A stretch of DNA of 64,000 nt from Alphaproteobacteria bacterium (GTDB lineage: Bacteria; Pseudomonadota; Alphaproteobacteria; UBA828). Below are positions 38,792-52,039 of the stretch, piece after piece; within the stretch, counting starts at the first letter, position 1, and each line of letters starts with the position of its first letter. Position numbers and translations under genes: made by a program. A model generated the notes under the pieces. The model had not been told where the DNA came from, did not search any database, and worked only from the letters and a program-made list of their open reading frames with translations. The DNA is taken from NCBI GenBank assembly GCA_965214705.1, contig CBDCCI010000002.1, positions 2,656,001-2,720,000 of the forward strand, read 5' to 3'.

Positions 38792-40591
38792 CTACCCCTC
38801 ATCCCCCGTCTCCCGCGCAGGCGGCAGGTCGAGCTTGAGGCTCAGCTCCTTGAGGTGCCTGTCCGGCACGGTCGCCGGCGCCCCCATCATCAGGTCCTGC
38901 GCCGTCTGGTTGAGTGGGAACATGATGACCTCGCGGATGTTGGGCTCGTCCGAGAGCAGCATGACGATCCGGTCGATCCCAGGTGCGATGCCGCCGTGGG
39001 GTGGCGCGCCGTACTGGAAGGCGTGGTAGAGCGCGCCGAAGCGCCGCTTCACCTCGTCCTCGCCGTAGCCCGCGATCTCGAACGCCTTGACCATCAGATC
39101 GGGCTGGTGATTGCGGATCGCGCCGCTGGAAAGCTCCACGCCGTTGCAAACGATGTCGTACTGGTAGGCGAGCACGCTTAGCGGATCGTCGCTCTCCAGC
39201 GCCTCCATCCCGCCTTGCGGCATGGAGAAGGGGTTGTGGCTGAAGCCGACGGCGCCGGTCTCCCCGTCGCGCTCGAACATCGGGTAGTCGACGATCCAGC
39301 AGAACGCGAACCTGTCCTCGTCGACCAAATCCAGCCGCTTGCCGAGTTCCAGCCGCACGGCGCCTGCGTAGCGCGCGGCTGCGTCCGGCCTGTCGCAGCT
39401 CAGGAAGACCGCATCGCCGTCCTCCAGGCCCGCGATCGCGCGAATCTCGTCCTGCACCGCCTCCGGCACGAACTTCGCGATCGGCCCCTTGCCGGCGCCG
39501 TCAGCAAAGGTGATGTAACCGAGGCCAGGCGCGCCCAGGTCTTGGGCGAATCCGATCATCCGGTCGAAGAAGCTGCGCGGCCGGTCGGCGATCCCCTTCA
39601 CCGGAATGCCGCGCACGACGCCTCCCTTGGCAATCGTGCCCTTGAAGGCCTTGAACGTGACCTCCTCGCGCCCGAACTGCTCGGTGAGGTCGACAATCTC
39701 GATGGGGATGCGCAAGTCCGGCTTGTCCGTGCCGAAGCGCAGCATCGCGTCCTTGTAGGCGAAGCGCGGGAACGGCGGTTTGGTGACCGCGCGCTCGGTG
39801 AACTCCGTGAAGACGCCGTGCATCACCGGCTCCAGCGCGTCGAACACGTCCTCCTGCTCGACGAACGCCATCTCCACATCGAGCTGGTAGAACTCGCCGG
39901 GGGAGCGGTCGGCGCGCGCGTCCTCGTCGCGGAAGCAGGGCGCGATCTGAAAGTAGCGGTCGAAACCAGACGCCATGACCAGCTGCTTGAACTGCTGCGG
40001 CGCCTGCGGCAGCGCGTAGAAGGTGCCGGGATGCAGCCGGCTCGGCACCAGGAAATCCCGCGCGCCCTCGGGCGAGCTCGCGGTCAGGATCGGCGTGTGG
40101 CACTCCATGAAGCCCTGCTCGACCATGTGCCGGCGGATGCTGGCGACGATGGCGCTGCGGCGCACCATGTTCTGGTGCATGCGCTCGCGCCTAAGGTCGA
40201 GGAAGCGGTAGCGGAGCCGCACCTCCTCGCCATAGTCGTGCTCGCCGTGAACCGGCAACGGCAGGGTCTCGGCCGCGTTCTGCACCTGGAGCTCGGCGAT
40301 CCGCACCTCGACCTCGCCGGTCGGGATCTTGGGGTTCACGGTCTCGGCGTCACGCGTGACCACCGGGCCGGTCAGCGTCACCACCGTCTCCGGCTTGAGC
40401 GCCGTCACCGCGTCGAACAGCGGCTCGCCGCTCTCGGCAACGCACTGGGTGATGCCGTAGTGATCGCGCAGGTCCACGAAGACGAGGTGGCCGTGATCGC
40501 GCACCCGATGAACCCAGCCGGAGAGGCGCACGGTCGAGCCGACATCGGACGGCCTGAGCGCGCCGCAGGTATGCGTACGGAATCGATGCAT
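38792..40591 (-). CDS. aspS: Aspartate--tRNA ligase (probably non-discriminating)
   Basis: [56 protein letters not shown]. Confidence 0.97.
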   Translation of the reverse strand: MHRFRTHTCGALRPSDVGSTVRLSGWVHRVRDHGHLVFVDLRDHYGITQCVAESGEPLFDAVTALKPETVVTLTGPVVTRDAETVNPKIPTGEVEVRIAELQVQNAAETLPLPVHGEHDYGEEVRLRYRFLDLRRERMHQNMVRRSAIVASIRRHMVEQGFMECHTPILTASSPEGARDFLVPSRLHPGTFYALPQAPQQFKQLVMASGFDRYFQIAPCFRDEDARADRSPGEFYQLDVEMAFVEQEDVFDALEPVMHGVFTEFTERAVTKPPFPRFAYKDAMLRFGTDKPDLRIPIEIVDLTEQFGREEVTFKAFKGTIAKGGVVRGIPVKGIADRPRSFFDRMIGFAQDLGAPGLGYITFADGAGKGPIAKFVPEAVQDEIRAIAGLEDGDAVFLSCDRPDAAARYAGAVRLELGKRLDLVDEDRFAFCWIVDYPMFERDGETGAVGFSHNPFSMPQGGMEALESDDPLSVLAYQYDIVCNGVELSSGAIRNHQPDLMVKAFEIAGYGEDEVKRRFGALYHAFQYGAPPHGGIAPGIDRIVMLLSDEPNIREVIMFPLNQTAQDLMMGAPATVPDRHLKELSLKLDLPPARETGDEG

Positions 40592-40725
40592 GGCGGGAGG
40601 CCCCGTGGTGCGTGAGGTGGTGGGTGATGCCCGGAGCGGGCCGAGCCGGGCCGGAAAAGCGCACGGAACCGGACGCCTTGTCAAGCGCCGCTCCAGGCCG
40701 GCGCCGCGGCGCCGCTCAAGTCACG

Positions 40726-41502
40726 TCAATGCAGCGTCGCGATGTCCTCGGCGGTCTCCTCGCCGGGCTGCTTGCCGAGAATGATCATGCTCAGCACCTG
40801 GTCCTTGGTGACCTCGGCGGTGCGGTGCGTGCCGATCTGGCGACCGTTCGTCATCACCGTGATCCGGTCCGAAAGGTCGAACACGTCGTGAATGTCGTGG
40901 GAGATCAGGACCATGCCGATCCCCTCTGACTTGAGCCGGATCACAAGCTCCTTGAAGACCGCGGTCTCCCGGTGCCCGAGGGCAGCGGTCGGTTCGTCCA
41001 TGATCAGGACCTTGGTGTCGAAATAGAGTGCCCGCCCGATCGCCACCGACTGGCGCTGGCCGCCGGAGAGCCGCTGCACCGGCTCGCGCAGGTTCACGAA
41101 GTTGGGGTTGATGCGGGCGATGACCTCGCGGGTGGCCTTCTCCATGGCGTTGCCGTCGAGGGTCGCCCAGCGGGTCATGATCTCGCGGCCGAGAAACAGG
41201 TTGGCCACCGCGTCGAGATGGTCGGCCAGCGCCAGGTCCTGATAGAGCGTCTCGATGCCGAGGTCCCTGGCGTCGCGGGGATTGTGGATCGAGACCTTCT
41301 CGCCCTGCATGTAAATCTCGCCGCTGTCCATGCGGTAGGCACCGGCGAGAATCTTGATGAGCGTCGACTTGCCGGCCCCGTTGTGGCCGACGACACCGAG
41401 CACCTCGCCGCCCTGGACCGTGACCGAGACATCCTCGACCGCGTGGGTGCCGCCGAAGCTCTTGTAGATGTTGCGCATCTCGATCAGCGGCGGCGCGCTC
41501 AT
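40726..41502 (-). CDS. Single-domain sugar ABC transporter ATP-binding protein (orphan)
   Basis: [38 protein letters not shown]. Confidence 0.9.
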   Translation of the reverse strand: MSAPPLIEMRNIYKSFGGTHAVEDVSVTVQGGEVLGVVGHNGAGKSTLIKILAGAYRMDSGEIYMQGEKVSIHNPRDARDLGIETLYQDLALADHLDAVANLFLGREIMTRWATLDGNAMEKATREVIARINPNFVNLREPVQRLSGGQRQSVAIGRALYFDTKVLIMDEPTAALGHRETAVFKELVIRLKSEGIGMVLISHDIHDVFDLSDRITVMTNGRQIGTHRTAEVTKDQVLSMIILGKQPGEETAEDIATLH

Positions 41503-41610
41503 CGTATCCCCCTGCGGGTCAAGCGACGTCGTACTGACGGGACATTCTCGAAAGCGCGCCTCTGGCCGTCAAGCACCGGCCCCGCCCTGTGGCATGGGCT
41601 CATGCGCGGC

Positions 41611-42105
41611 CTACTCCGACGCGGCGCCTTCCTTGAACTGCTCGATGGCCTCCGCCAGCTCCTCGGTCTCTTCGCAAGACGCGCAGATGTCCTGCAGGGT
41701 CGCGAGATGCCCCTCGGCCTTGGCCAGATCGCCGACGATCAGATAGGCCTCGCCGATATATTCGTGGGCGCCGAGGTGCCGGGGGTCGAGGTCGAGCGCG
41801 CGCCCATAATTCTCGAAGGCATCGTCGATCCGGTCCAAATGGCGATAGCTATAGGCGAGCAGGTTGAAGACATCGGCGTTGCGCGGGTTGGACTCGGCCG
41901 CGCGCTCCAGGAATGCCGCGGCGCGCTCCCAGTCGCCGGCCTCGATCGCCTGCTTGCCGCGCTCGATGTTGCGCTGGTCGGCCTGGGACGCTGCGTTGCT
42001 CGTGCTGCTGGAGCTCCCCGCAGCGATGGCGTCCGACACGGGAAGCATGGCCAGGGCGCCGCCGAGCAGCAGGATGGCGGCGAAAACTCTTGTGTGAATC
42101 GTCAT
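41611..42105 (-). CDS. Secreted TPR-repeat protein
   Basis: Signal peptide; P.NAD.FN.LAY..R, Y.RAL..DP.H.GA.EY.GE.YL, C.SCEE. Confidence 0.8.
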   Translation of the reverse strand: MTIHTRVFAAILLLGGALAMLPVSDAIAAGSSSSTSNAASQADQRNIERGKQAIEAGDWERAAAFLERAAESNPRNADVFNLLAYSYRHLDRIDDAFENYGRALDLDPRHLGAHEYIGEAYLIVGDLAKAEGHLATLQDICASCEETEELAEAIEQFKEGAASE

Positions 42106-42166
42106 GTCGCACCTCTGCGGCTGAGTTGGGTCGACGGCCTCGTCCGGCCCGACCACGCCGCCGGCC

Positions 42167-44492
<2,326 letters not shown>

Positions 44493-44658
44493 CTCCCTCG
44501 TTTTGCTCGGTATCGCAGCCTAGGCGCGTGGCAATCCGGCGCGCAACGGGGCGCGTGGACGGTCAATGGTAGTGCGCCTATAGTGAACTTCCCCGGCGCT
44601 CGGCGAAGCAAGACCAAGAACCCGATGGCGCCCGGACAAGAATGGGAGGAATGGAACG

Positions 44659-45888
44659 ATGCTAGGGAGATTCGCAGCTCTCGTGGCGCTAGGCGCATTG
44701 GTCGCCGCGCCGTTGGCCCACCAACAGCAGGCGAAGGCAGACGACCACGAGGTGGTGATCGGCTTCGCCATCGCGTTCAGCGGCTGGATGAACCAGTACG
44801 ACGGCCCGCCCTATCAGGGCTCGCTGATGGCGATCGAGGAGTTCAACGAACAAGGTGGCATCCTCGGCAAGCAGATCCGGGCGGTCACTTCCGACACCAA
44901 GACCGACACGGTGCAGGGCGCCAAGGCCGGCGCTGACGTGGTGGCGCAGGGAGCGCAGTTCATGGTGGTCTCCTGCGACTACGACATGGGCGCGCCTGCC
45001 GCGACGGTCGCCAACAGCAACAACATGATCTCGATCTCGTCCTGCGCATCGGACGCCAAGATGGGCGTCCAGGGCATCGGGCCCTACGCGTTCACGCTCA
45101 ACACTTACGGCCAGGGCGAGGGCGCCGGCATGGCCAAGTACGCCTACGTGGACCGGGGCTGGCGCAAGGCCTTTCTGCTTCTCGATGCCTCGATCGAGTA
45201 CGACAAGAGCATCTGCCACGGCTTCCTGGAGCAGTGGAAGGACTATGGCGGCGAGGTGATCGGCGTCGACAGCTACATGCAGGAGGACGCCTCCATCGCC
45301 TCGCAGATCACCCGCTACAAGGAGCTGGCGGCAGAGCGTGGCGAGCCCGAGTTCCTCTATCTCTGCTCCTACGGCGCTGGCGCGGTGAGCGCGATCCGGC
45401 AGATCCGGGCGGCCGGGATCGACGTTCCCATCGGGGGCGGCGATTCCATGGACGGCGACTACTGGTCCGAGGCGGTCCCCGGCCTCAGCGACCACTACGC
45501 GTCGTCCTTCGGCTCGATCTGGGGCGACGACCCCCGGCCCGAGGTGAACGAGTTCTTCGACCGCTACCGTGCGAAGTACGGCGAGCCCGAGACCTCGTTC
45601 CCGCTCAACGGCTACAGCGTGATCCAGGCGATCAAGGTGGCGGCCGAGCGGGCTGGCTCGCTGGATTCAGACGCCGTGCTGGCCGAGATGAACAAGTTCG
45701 ACAAGGAGCCGCTGCTCTGGGGTCCGACCACGTACACGGCCGACACCCACATCGACCTCACGCACGTGCTGACGATCATCCAGATCCAGGATGGCAAGGG
45801 CAGCTACGCCGGTCAGGGCGGTGCCGAGAACCCACCGGCGCTCCAGCTCATCTTCCCGGACTTCACCGAGGACCTTTACGAGAACTAG
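44659..45888 (+). CDS. Branched-chain amino acid-type (LivJ/K) ABC substrate-binding protein
   Basis: Signal peptide; IEEFN..GGILGKQI, DTK.D, periplasmic type-1 pattern. Confidence 0.88.
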   Translation: MLGRFAALVALGALVAAPLAHQQQAKADDHEVVIGFAIAFSGWMNQYDGPPYQGSLMAIEEFNEQGGILGKQIRAVTSDTKTDTVQGAKAGADVVAQGAQFMVVSCDYDMGAPAATVANSNNMISISSCASDAKMGVQGIGPYAFTLNTYGQGEGAGMAKYAYVDRGWRKAFLLLDASIEYDKSICHGFLEQWKDYGGEVIGVDSYMQEDASIASQITRYKELAAERGEPEFLYLCSYGAGAVSAIRQIRAAGIDVPIGGGDSMDGDYWSEAVPGLSDHYASSFGSIWGDDPRPEVNEFFDRYRAKYGEPETSFPLNGYSVIQAIKVAAERAGSLDSDAVLAEMNKFDKEPLLWGPTTYTADTHIDLTHVLTIIQIQDGKGSYAGQGGAENPPALQLIFPDFTEDLYEN

Positions 45889-45900
45889 CCAGCGTTACCT

Positions 45901-45934
45901 GAAGGCCGGTCCGCCGCGCGGCGGGCCGGCCTTC
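45901..45934 (+). terminator. Intergenic GC hairpin after the binding-protein gene (mRNA stabiliser or attenuator)
   Basis: GAAGGCCGGTCCGCCG-cg-CGGCGGGCCGGCCTTC; no U-tract. Confidence 0.5.
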
Positions 45935-45966
45935 GGCACTCTCGTGGTTGTCTTCCAGGGGCCGCC

Positions 45967-46881
45967 GTGACCGGACTGGTCCAGAACGCCATCGACGCGC
46001 TTGCGCTGGGCAGCCTTTACGCGCTGACGGCGCTCGGCATCGGGCTGATCTTCGGCGTCATGCGGCTGATCAACTTCGCCCATGGCGACCTCATCATGAT
46101 AGGCGGCTATGCGCTGATCGTGCCGTCGAGCGCCGCCGCAGCGGTCGCCTTCATCGGCGCCTGGCCGGCCCCGGCGATGGTCGCCGCCATCGTCTTCATC
46201 GTCATGCTGTTCGCATTGGCGTGCGAACGCCTGGCCTTCCGGCCGCTCAGGCGCGCCAACCCGTCGGTACTGCTGATTACCTCGTTTGCGCTCAGCTTCT
46301 TCCTCGAACACCTGGTGGTGATGATCTATGGCGGCCGGGTGAAGGCGGTGAGCATCTGGCCCGAGCTGCTGGAGGTCTTGCCCATCAGCGGCGTGCGCAT
46401 TCCGTATCTGCAGATCGTCACCATCGGGGTGACGATCGGGCTGCTGGTGCTGCTGGTGGTCTTCCTCAAGCGCACCCCCATGGGCATCCAGATGAGGGCC
46501 GCGTCGGAGGATTTCTCCACGGCACGGCTGCTCGGCGTGCGCGCCAACCGGGTGATCGCCGTGGCCTTCGCCATCAGCGGCTTACTCGCCGCCGTGGTCT
46601 CGCTGCTCTACGTCTCGCAGGTGGGCGCGCTCACCTACAGCATGGGAATCCCGCTGGTGCTGTTCGCCTTTGTCGCCACCGTGGTGGGCGGCATGGGGAG
46701 CCTGACAGGCGCGGTGCTCGGCGGCTTCGTGGTCGGCATCGCAAGCGTGGTGCTCCAGGTGGCGCTGCCGGTGGCCATGCGGCCCGACCGTGACGTCTTC
46801 GTCTACGGACTGATCCTGCTGATCCTGCTGATGCGGCCCTCGGGCCTGGTGAAGGTGAAGTCGATCGAGGAGAAGGTCTGA
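45967..46881 (+). CDS. LivH-type ABC permease
   Basis: GSLYAL.ALG..LIFGVMRLINFAHG, G..MRA.SED, VVGGMGS. Confidence 0.92.
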   Translation: MTGLVQNAIDALALGSLYALTALGIGLIFGVMRLINFAHGDLIMIGGYALIVPSSAAAAVAFIGAWPAPAMVAAIVFIVMLFALACERLAFRPLRRANPSVLLITSFALSFFLEHLVVMIYGGRVKAVSIWPELLEVLPISGVRIPYLQIVTIGVTIGLLVLLVVFLKRTPMGIQMRAASEDFSTARLLGVRANRVIAVAFAISGLLAAVVSLLYVSQVGALTYSMGIPLVLFAFVATVVGGMGSLTGAVLGGFVVGIASVVLQVALPVAMRPDRDVFVYGLILLILLMRPSGLVKVKSIEEKV

Positions 46882-46882
46882 G

Positions 46883-48031
46883 ATGGCCGGGCCGGGTGGC
46901 AGTGGCATGGAACGGCGCGACCTGATCTTGCGCCTGCCCGTCGTGAGCTTGCGCGTCTTCTGGACGCCCATCGTGCTCTCCCTCGGCATGCTCGTCATCG
47001 TGCTTGCGGTGTGGGCGAGCGGAGACACGGTGCTGGCGCTCGCGGTCACCGCCGCGCTGATCCGCGCGGTGATGGTGATCGGCCTCTATATCTTCATCGG
47101 CAACTCGGGCGTGCTGGCCTTCGGCCACGCCACCTTCATGATGGTGGGCGCCTACGGCGTGGCGTGGCTGACGCTCCGCCCCTTCAACAAGAGCTTCGCC
47201 CTGCAGCTGCCGGAGTTCCTGGCGGCGCACCAGTACCCGATGCTGCCATCGGCAATCGCAGCCGCGCTGCTCGCCGCCATCGTCGCCTTTGTCGTCGGCA
47301 TCCCGATCATGCGGCTCTCGGGCATCGCCGTGGCCATCGCGACGCTCGCCGTGCTCGGCATGTTCAAGACCTTCTACTCCAACTGGAGCGAGTGGACCCT
47401 GGGTGCAGCGACCATGCCGGGCATCCCGATCTACGTGGACATGTGGATCGCGCTCGCCTGGGTCGTGGTGGCGCTCTTTGCCGCCTACATCTACCAGCGC
47501 TCGAAGTACGGCCTGGCACTCCGGGCTTCGCGGGAGGACGAGTTCGCGGCCCGCGCGGCCGGAATCAACATCCCGCGCCAGCGCCTCGTCGCCTTCGTGC
47601 TGAGCGCCTTCTTCATGGGCATCGGCGGGGTGCTGGAGGCACACTATCTCGGCACCATCGCGGTCAAGAATTTCTGGCTCACCATCACCTTCATTCTGCT
47701 CGCCATGCTGATCGTGGGCGGTCAGCGCAGCCTCACCGGGGCGCTGGTGGGCGTGGTGGTGATCTCGACCCTGATCGAGATTCTGAACTCCCTCGAAGCC
47801 GGCATGAACGTGGGCATTGCGGTGCTCTCTGTGCCGATCGGGGCCCAGGAGCTCACCATCGCGGGTCTCATGATCATCATCCTGGTGTTCCGGCCGGACG
47901 GGATCATGGGCGGGCGCGAGGTGCCCTGGCCCTTCGGCAAGGTAGGACGCATCGTGCGGGATCCCGGCGCGGCCGAGAGCGGGGACGACCCCCTGCGCCG
48001 GGGCGTCGCACAGCGGGACGGCGCCCCATGA
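46883..48031 (+). CDS. LivM-type ABC permease
   Basis: G.SG...FGH, GLALRASREDE.AA, GG..SL.G, RPDG. Confidence 0.9.
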   Translation: MAGPGGSGMERRDLILRLPVVSLRVFWTPIVLSLGMLVIVLAVWASGDTVLALAVTAALIRAVMVIGLYIFIGNSGVLAFGHATFMMVGAYGVAWLTLRPFNKSFALQLPEFLAAHQYPMLPSAIAAALLAAIVAFVVGIPIMRLSGIAVAIATLAVLGMFKTFYSNWSEWTLGAATMPGIPIYVDMWIALAWVVVALFAAYIYQRSKYGLALRASREDEFAARAAGINIPRQRLVAFVLSAFFMGIGGVLEAHYLGTIAVKNFWLTITFILLAMLIVGGQRSLTGALVGVVVISTLIEILNSLEAGMNVGIAVLSVPIGAQELTIAGLMIIILVFRPDGIMGGREVPWPFGKVGRIVRDPGAAESGDDPLRRGVAQRDGAP

Positions 48032-48837
48032 TGGACCGGCTCGCCCGCAGGCTGATCCCGGCGCGGCCCGGCGCGGCGTCCCTGGCCCTTGCCGGCACGC
48101 CTGAAGACACGCTGGAAGCCTTCGATGTCACGGTCCATTTCGAGGGGCTCGCAGCCGTGGACGGGGTCTCCATCTCGATGCGGAACGGCGAGGTGTTCGG
48201 GCTGATCGGACCCAACGGCGCCGGCAAGACCACGCTCGTCAACGCGATGACCGGTTTCCAGCGTCCGACACGGGGGCGGGTCGTCCTGGGCGGCGAGGAC
48301 GTGACCGGGCTTTCCGCGCACGAGCTGGGCCGGCGGGGGCTCGCGCGGACCTTCCAGGCGGTGCGGCTCTTCCGCGACATGCCGGTGATCGAGAACCTGG
48401 AGGCCGCCGCCGTGGGCACCGGTCTCGGCCGCCGCGAGGCCGCGCGCCGGGCCTCGCGCATCCTGGCCTGGATGAGGTTCGCGCACAGGGCGGACGACTG
48501 GGCGGACACGTTGCCCTACGGCGACGAGCGCCGGGTCGGCATCGGCCGTGCGCTCGCCATGGCGCCCCGCTTCGTGCTGCTGGACGAGCCTGCGGCGGGG
48601 CTCAGCGACGCCGAGTGCGACGAGCTGATGGGGCTGATCGCCGAGATCCCCCGGGTCTTCGGCTGCGGCGTGCTGCTGATCGAGCACAACATGCGGGTCA
48701 TCATGGGGGCCTGCCACCGCATCCACGTGATCGAGAGCGGGCGCACCGTGGCCGAGGGCTCGCCGGAGGAGATCCAGGTGAACCCCGACGTGCTGCGCGC
48801 CTATTTGGGGACCAAGTCGGCCGATGCTCGAGGTTGA
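48028..48837 (+). CDS. LivG-type ABC ATP-binding protein
   Basis: GPNGAGKTT, RTFQ, LPYG, LLDEPAAG, IEHNM, AYLG. Confidence 0.9.
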   Translation: MMDRLARRLIPARPGAASLALAGTPEDTLEAFDVTVHFEGLAAVDGVSISMRNGEVFGLIGPNGAGKTTLVNAMTGFQRPTRGRVVLGGEDVTGLSAHELGRRGLARTFQAVRLFRDMPVIENLEAAAVGTGLGRREAARRASRILAWMRFAHRADDWADTLPYGDERRVGIGRALAMAPRFVLLDEPAAGLSDAECDELMGLIAEIPRVFGCGVLLIEHNMRVIMGACHRIHVIESGRTVAEGSPEEIQVNPDVLRAYLGTKSADARG

Positions 48838-49564
48838 GAACCTGCACGTCCGCTACCGGCGGCTCCGCGCGGTGCGCGGTGTGTCGCTTACCGTGGGCGA
48901 GGGCGAGATCGTCTGCCTGGTGGGCCCCAACGGCGCCGGCAAGTCGAGCACGCTGCGCAGCATCGCGGGCCTGCACCCGCCGTCGGAAGGCGACATCCGG
49001 CTCGCCGGCCGCTCCGTCAAGGGCCTCGCGCCGGAGACCATCGCGCGCCTGGGCCTTTCCATGGTGCCGGAGGGGCGCCACGTCTTCACCCAACTCACGG
49101 TGGAGGAGAACATCCTGCTCGGCAGCCAGATGCGGCGCGACCGCAAGCAGGTGAGGGCCGACTTCGAGCGCATGCTGGAGAGCTTCCCCTTCCTGCGTGG
49201 GCGGCTCTCCGCCCCCGGCGGCAAGCTCTCGGGCGGCGAGCAGCAACAGCTGGTCATCGCCCGTGCGCTGATGACGAGCCCCCGGCTCATCCTGCTCGAC
49301 GAGCCTTCCCTCGGCCTCGCGCCCATGGTGGTGGACACGGTTTACGAGATCCTCAAGGGGCTGCGCGACGAGGGCATCACACTGCTGGTGGTCGAGCAGA
49401 GCACCCATCGGGCGCTAGAGAACGGCGACCGCATCTACATCATCCGTTCGGGCCAGATCGAGCTCGAAGGCGAGTGCAGCGCGCTCACTGACGAGCGCGT
49501 CGAACAGGCCTACTTCGGCTTCGGCGAGGCGGAAGCCGAGGCGGATCACCGCTCGCGCTTCTGA
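48824..49564 (+). CDS. LivF-type ABC ATP-binding protein
   Basis: GPNGAGKSS, VPEGR, LSGGEQQ, LLDEPSLGLAP, VEQ. Confidence 0.92.
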   Translation: MLEVENLHVRYRRLRAVRGVSLTVGEGEIVCLVGPNGAGKSSTLRSIAGLHPPSEGDIRLAGRSVKGLAPETIARLGLSMVPEGRHVFTQLTVEENILLGSQMRRDRKQVRADFERMLESFPFLRGRLSAPGGKLSGGEQQQLVIARALMTSPRLILLDEPSLGLAPMVVDTVYEILKGLRDEGITLLVVEQSTHRALENGDRIYIIRSGQIELEGECSALTDERVEQAYFGFGEAEAEADHRSRF

Positions 49565-49606
49565 GCATCTGGCGAACCGCGCGCAAGACAGACAGGAGAA
49601 AGATCT

Positions 49607-50392
49607 TTGGGCTACCACGACCGCCATATCGAGAAGGGAGCGGGACCAGCCGTGGTCTTCAGCCACGGAACGCTGATGGACGCGACGATGTTCGACCCCC
49701 AGCTCGACCATCTGGCCGAGCGGGGCTACCGGGCCATCGCCTACAACAGCCGCGTGCTCACCGGGGCGCCCGCTGCGCATACGCTCGGCGATCTGGTCGA
49801 GGATTGCCGGGTGCTCCTGGACGATCTCGGAATTCAGAAATGCGTCCTCGCGGGCATGTCGGTCGGCGGCTTCATGGCCCTGGAATTCGCCCTCGCGTAT
49901 CCGGAGCGGTTGAACGGGCTGATTCTCATCGCCGCCACGTCGAAGGACTATACGGCCGAGGAGCGGGAGGCCTACCACCGCCAGTTCGACAAGCTGGACA
50001 TCGACGGCATGGTGCCGCGAGACTTTGCCGAGTGGGTGGCGCCCTTCTGCTTCGGCGAGACGACGCTCAAGCGCAACCCGGCACTCGCGGAGAATTGGGT
50101 CGACCGCTGGGCAACGACGGTGCCGGCGCGCGCGGTGCTCTATCAGGGCCGCTCCTGGCTCGACAAGGAAGACATCACCGCGCGGCTCGCGGCCGTGCGC
50201 GTGCCGGCCCTCGTGATCCATGGCGAGGAAGACGTGCCGCTTCCCATCGAACGCGCGCAGGCGATGGCGGATGCGCTCCCCGACGCGACCTTCGCGCGGG
50301 TTGCACACGCCGGGCATTCGGTGAATCTGGAGCAGCCGGCGATCGTCAACGCGGCCATCGCCCGCTTTCTCGGCCGCCTCGACCTGTCATAA
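49607..50392 (+). CDS. Alpha/beta hydrolase (PcaD/RutD-like)
   Basis: SHG, GMSVGG nucleophile elbow, HGEED, AGHS; AGGAG RBS before TTG. Confidence 0.85.
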   Translation: MGYHDRHIEKGAGPAVVFSHGTLMDATMFDPQLDHLAERGYRAIAYNSRVLTGAPAAHTLGDLVEDCRVLLDDLGIQKCVLAGMSVGGFMALEFALAYPERLNGLILIAATSKDYTAEEREAYHRQFDKLDIDGMVPRDFAEWVAPFCFGETTLKRNPALAENWVDRWATTVPARAVLYQGRSWLDKEDITARLAAVRVPALVIHGEEDVPLPIERAQAMADALPDATFARVAHAGHSVNLEQPAIVNAAIARFLGRLDLS

Positions 50393-50443
50393 CGCGACGG
50401 AACCGAATACGGTTGCCACCCTCCGACGAAAGGAAGACCAGCC

Positions 50444-51028
50444 ATGTCAGACTCCGCATTCCTCGTGTTGCACTTTCAGAACGGCGTCGCCCATCCCGAT
50501 GGCGTGTGGGGCAAGTATTTGTTCCCGCAAGTGGAGAAGAACGGATCGGTGGGTAATGCGAGGCGGGCGCTCGACGCCGCGCGGCAGCGCGGCATGCTGG
50601 TCATCTACGTGAACATCGCCTGGCGGCCGGGCTTTCCCGAGCTGCCGGACGATACCTGCGGCCTGCTCAAGGAGGCCAAGGACAACAACGAGTGCCTGGT
50701 GGGCTCCTGGGGCGCGGACGTGATCGACGAGCTCAAGCCCGAGGGCAACGAGATCATCGTCATCAACTTCGGCTCGGACAGCTTCGAGGGCACCGACCTC
50801 GACCTGATCCTCAGAAACCGGGGAATCAAGCGCGTCTATGTCGTCGGCCAATGCATCGAGCACGTCGTCGCGACGACGGTGAAACGCGCGGTCAACATGG
50901 GCTACGGCGCCTCGGTCTTGAGGGACTGCACCAGCGGCTTCACCGACCAGAACTACGACGCCATGGTGGAGATCCTGCCGCTCTACGCCGATCTGGTCAC
51001 GGCAGACGATTTCGTCGGCATGAACTGA
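50444..51028 (+). CDS. Isochorismatase/cysteine hydrolase family protein with non-canonical catalytic residues
   Basis: LVLHFQN, GSWGA.VIDELKP, SF.GTDLD.ILR..GI, V..T...A...GY...V..DC. Confidence 0.82.
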   Translation: MSDSAFLVLHFQNGVAHPDGVWGKYLFPQVEKNGSVGNARRALDAARQRGMLVIYVNIAWRPGFPELPDDTCGLLKEAKDNNECLVGSWGADVIDELKPEGNEIIVINFGSDSFEGTDLDLILRNRGIKRVYVVGQCIEHVVATTVKRAVNMGYGASVLRDCTSGFTDQNYDAMVEILPLYADLVTADDFVGMN

Positions 51029-51056
51029 TCCGGTGCCCGGCTCATTCCGGCCGGGC

Positions 51057-52037
51057 TCAGACCGCCGCGATGCTCGCCTCCGCGATCAGCCGGTTGATCG
51101 CGCGGCGCTTGTTCTGCGCCTCGTCCACGGAGACGGCGCGGAAGCGGTAGACATCTCCCGGCTTCGACTGGGCGAGCTTCCAGAACGCCGCCGACGGCAC
51201 GGTGTAGGGATTGATGAAGCCGCCGGTGCTCGGCCCGTCGTTGACCAGGATGATGGGCGTCTGGCCGCAGAGATTGACCGCGCCCACCGGATAGCCGTGG
51301 TCGAGGATGTTGGAGGGGTCCTCGCCGTGCTCGGAGCGCTTGTCGGTAGCCCTCTCCGTGAAACTCCAGGCCGGTCCGTCGAGCCGGAAGCCCGTGCGGT
51401 TGCTCCGGGTCTGCACAGTCCAGTCGCTTTCCAGGAATCTGCGGTGGCCGGCCTCGTCGATCCAGTCGTCGTTGGGGCCGGGCACCGCCTCCATCTGCCA
51501 CACCCGCTCGCCGGTAAGGGGCGGCCGGCATTCTTCTCGCACCCTCCGGCCCGGCGTGCCGTTGCCCGTATCGCCACCGAGCGGCAGGTTCTGCTCCGCC
51601 TTGAGCGCGTAGCCGTCGAGCCCGCCGATCCCGGCCTGGTGGAAGGTCGCGCGTGAGCCCAGCACCGGCGTCGTGTCGATACCGCCGGCCACGGCAAGGT
51701 AGGCACGGGCGCCGAGGCGCGCGAACCCCAGCGTCAGCACCTGCCCGGCACGGACGACGAAGCTCTCCCACATGGGCGCGGGCGCGTTAACGAGGGTGGG
51801 CTGCAAGTCGGCGCCGGTGACAGCGACCACGGCGTCCCGGCCGAAGCGCAGCGTCGGGCCGGTGAACTGGCATTCGAGGCCGGCGGCATCCGCCGGGTTG
51901 CCCACCAGCAGATTGGCGAGGCGGAAGGACCAGTCGTCCATCGGCCCGGAGAACGGAAAGCCCTGCTCCCAGTAGCCGATCCGCCCCGGCCAGTCCTGCA
52001 CCGTGGTCTCGAGGCCGGGCTTGATCACCTCCAGCAT
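51057..52037 (-). CDS. PxpC/KipA-like carboxyltransferase subunit (allophanate hydrolase subunit 2 family)
   Basis: TTVQD.PGR.G, SGPMD..SFRLANLLVGN, G.RAYLAV.GG, SNRTG.RL, DGPSTGGF. Confidence 0.88.
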   Translation of the reverse strand: MLEVIKPGLETTVQDWPGRIGYWEQGFPFSGPMDDWSFRLANLLVGNPADAAGLECQFTGPTLRFGRDAVVAVTGADLQPTLVNAPAPMWESFVVRAGQVLTLGFARLGARAYLAVAGGIDTTPVLGSRATFHQAGIGGLDGYALKAEQNLPLGGDTGNGTPGRRVREECRPPLTGERVWQMEAVPGPNDDWIDEAGHRRFLESDWTVQTRSNRTGFRLDGPAWSFTERATDKRSEHGEDPSNILDHGYPVGAVNLCGQTPIILVNDGPSTGGFINPYTVPSAAFWKLAQSKPGDVYRFRAVSVDEAQNKRRAINRLIAEASIAAV

Positions 52038-52039
52038 GG

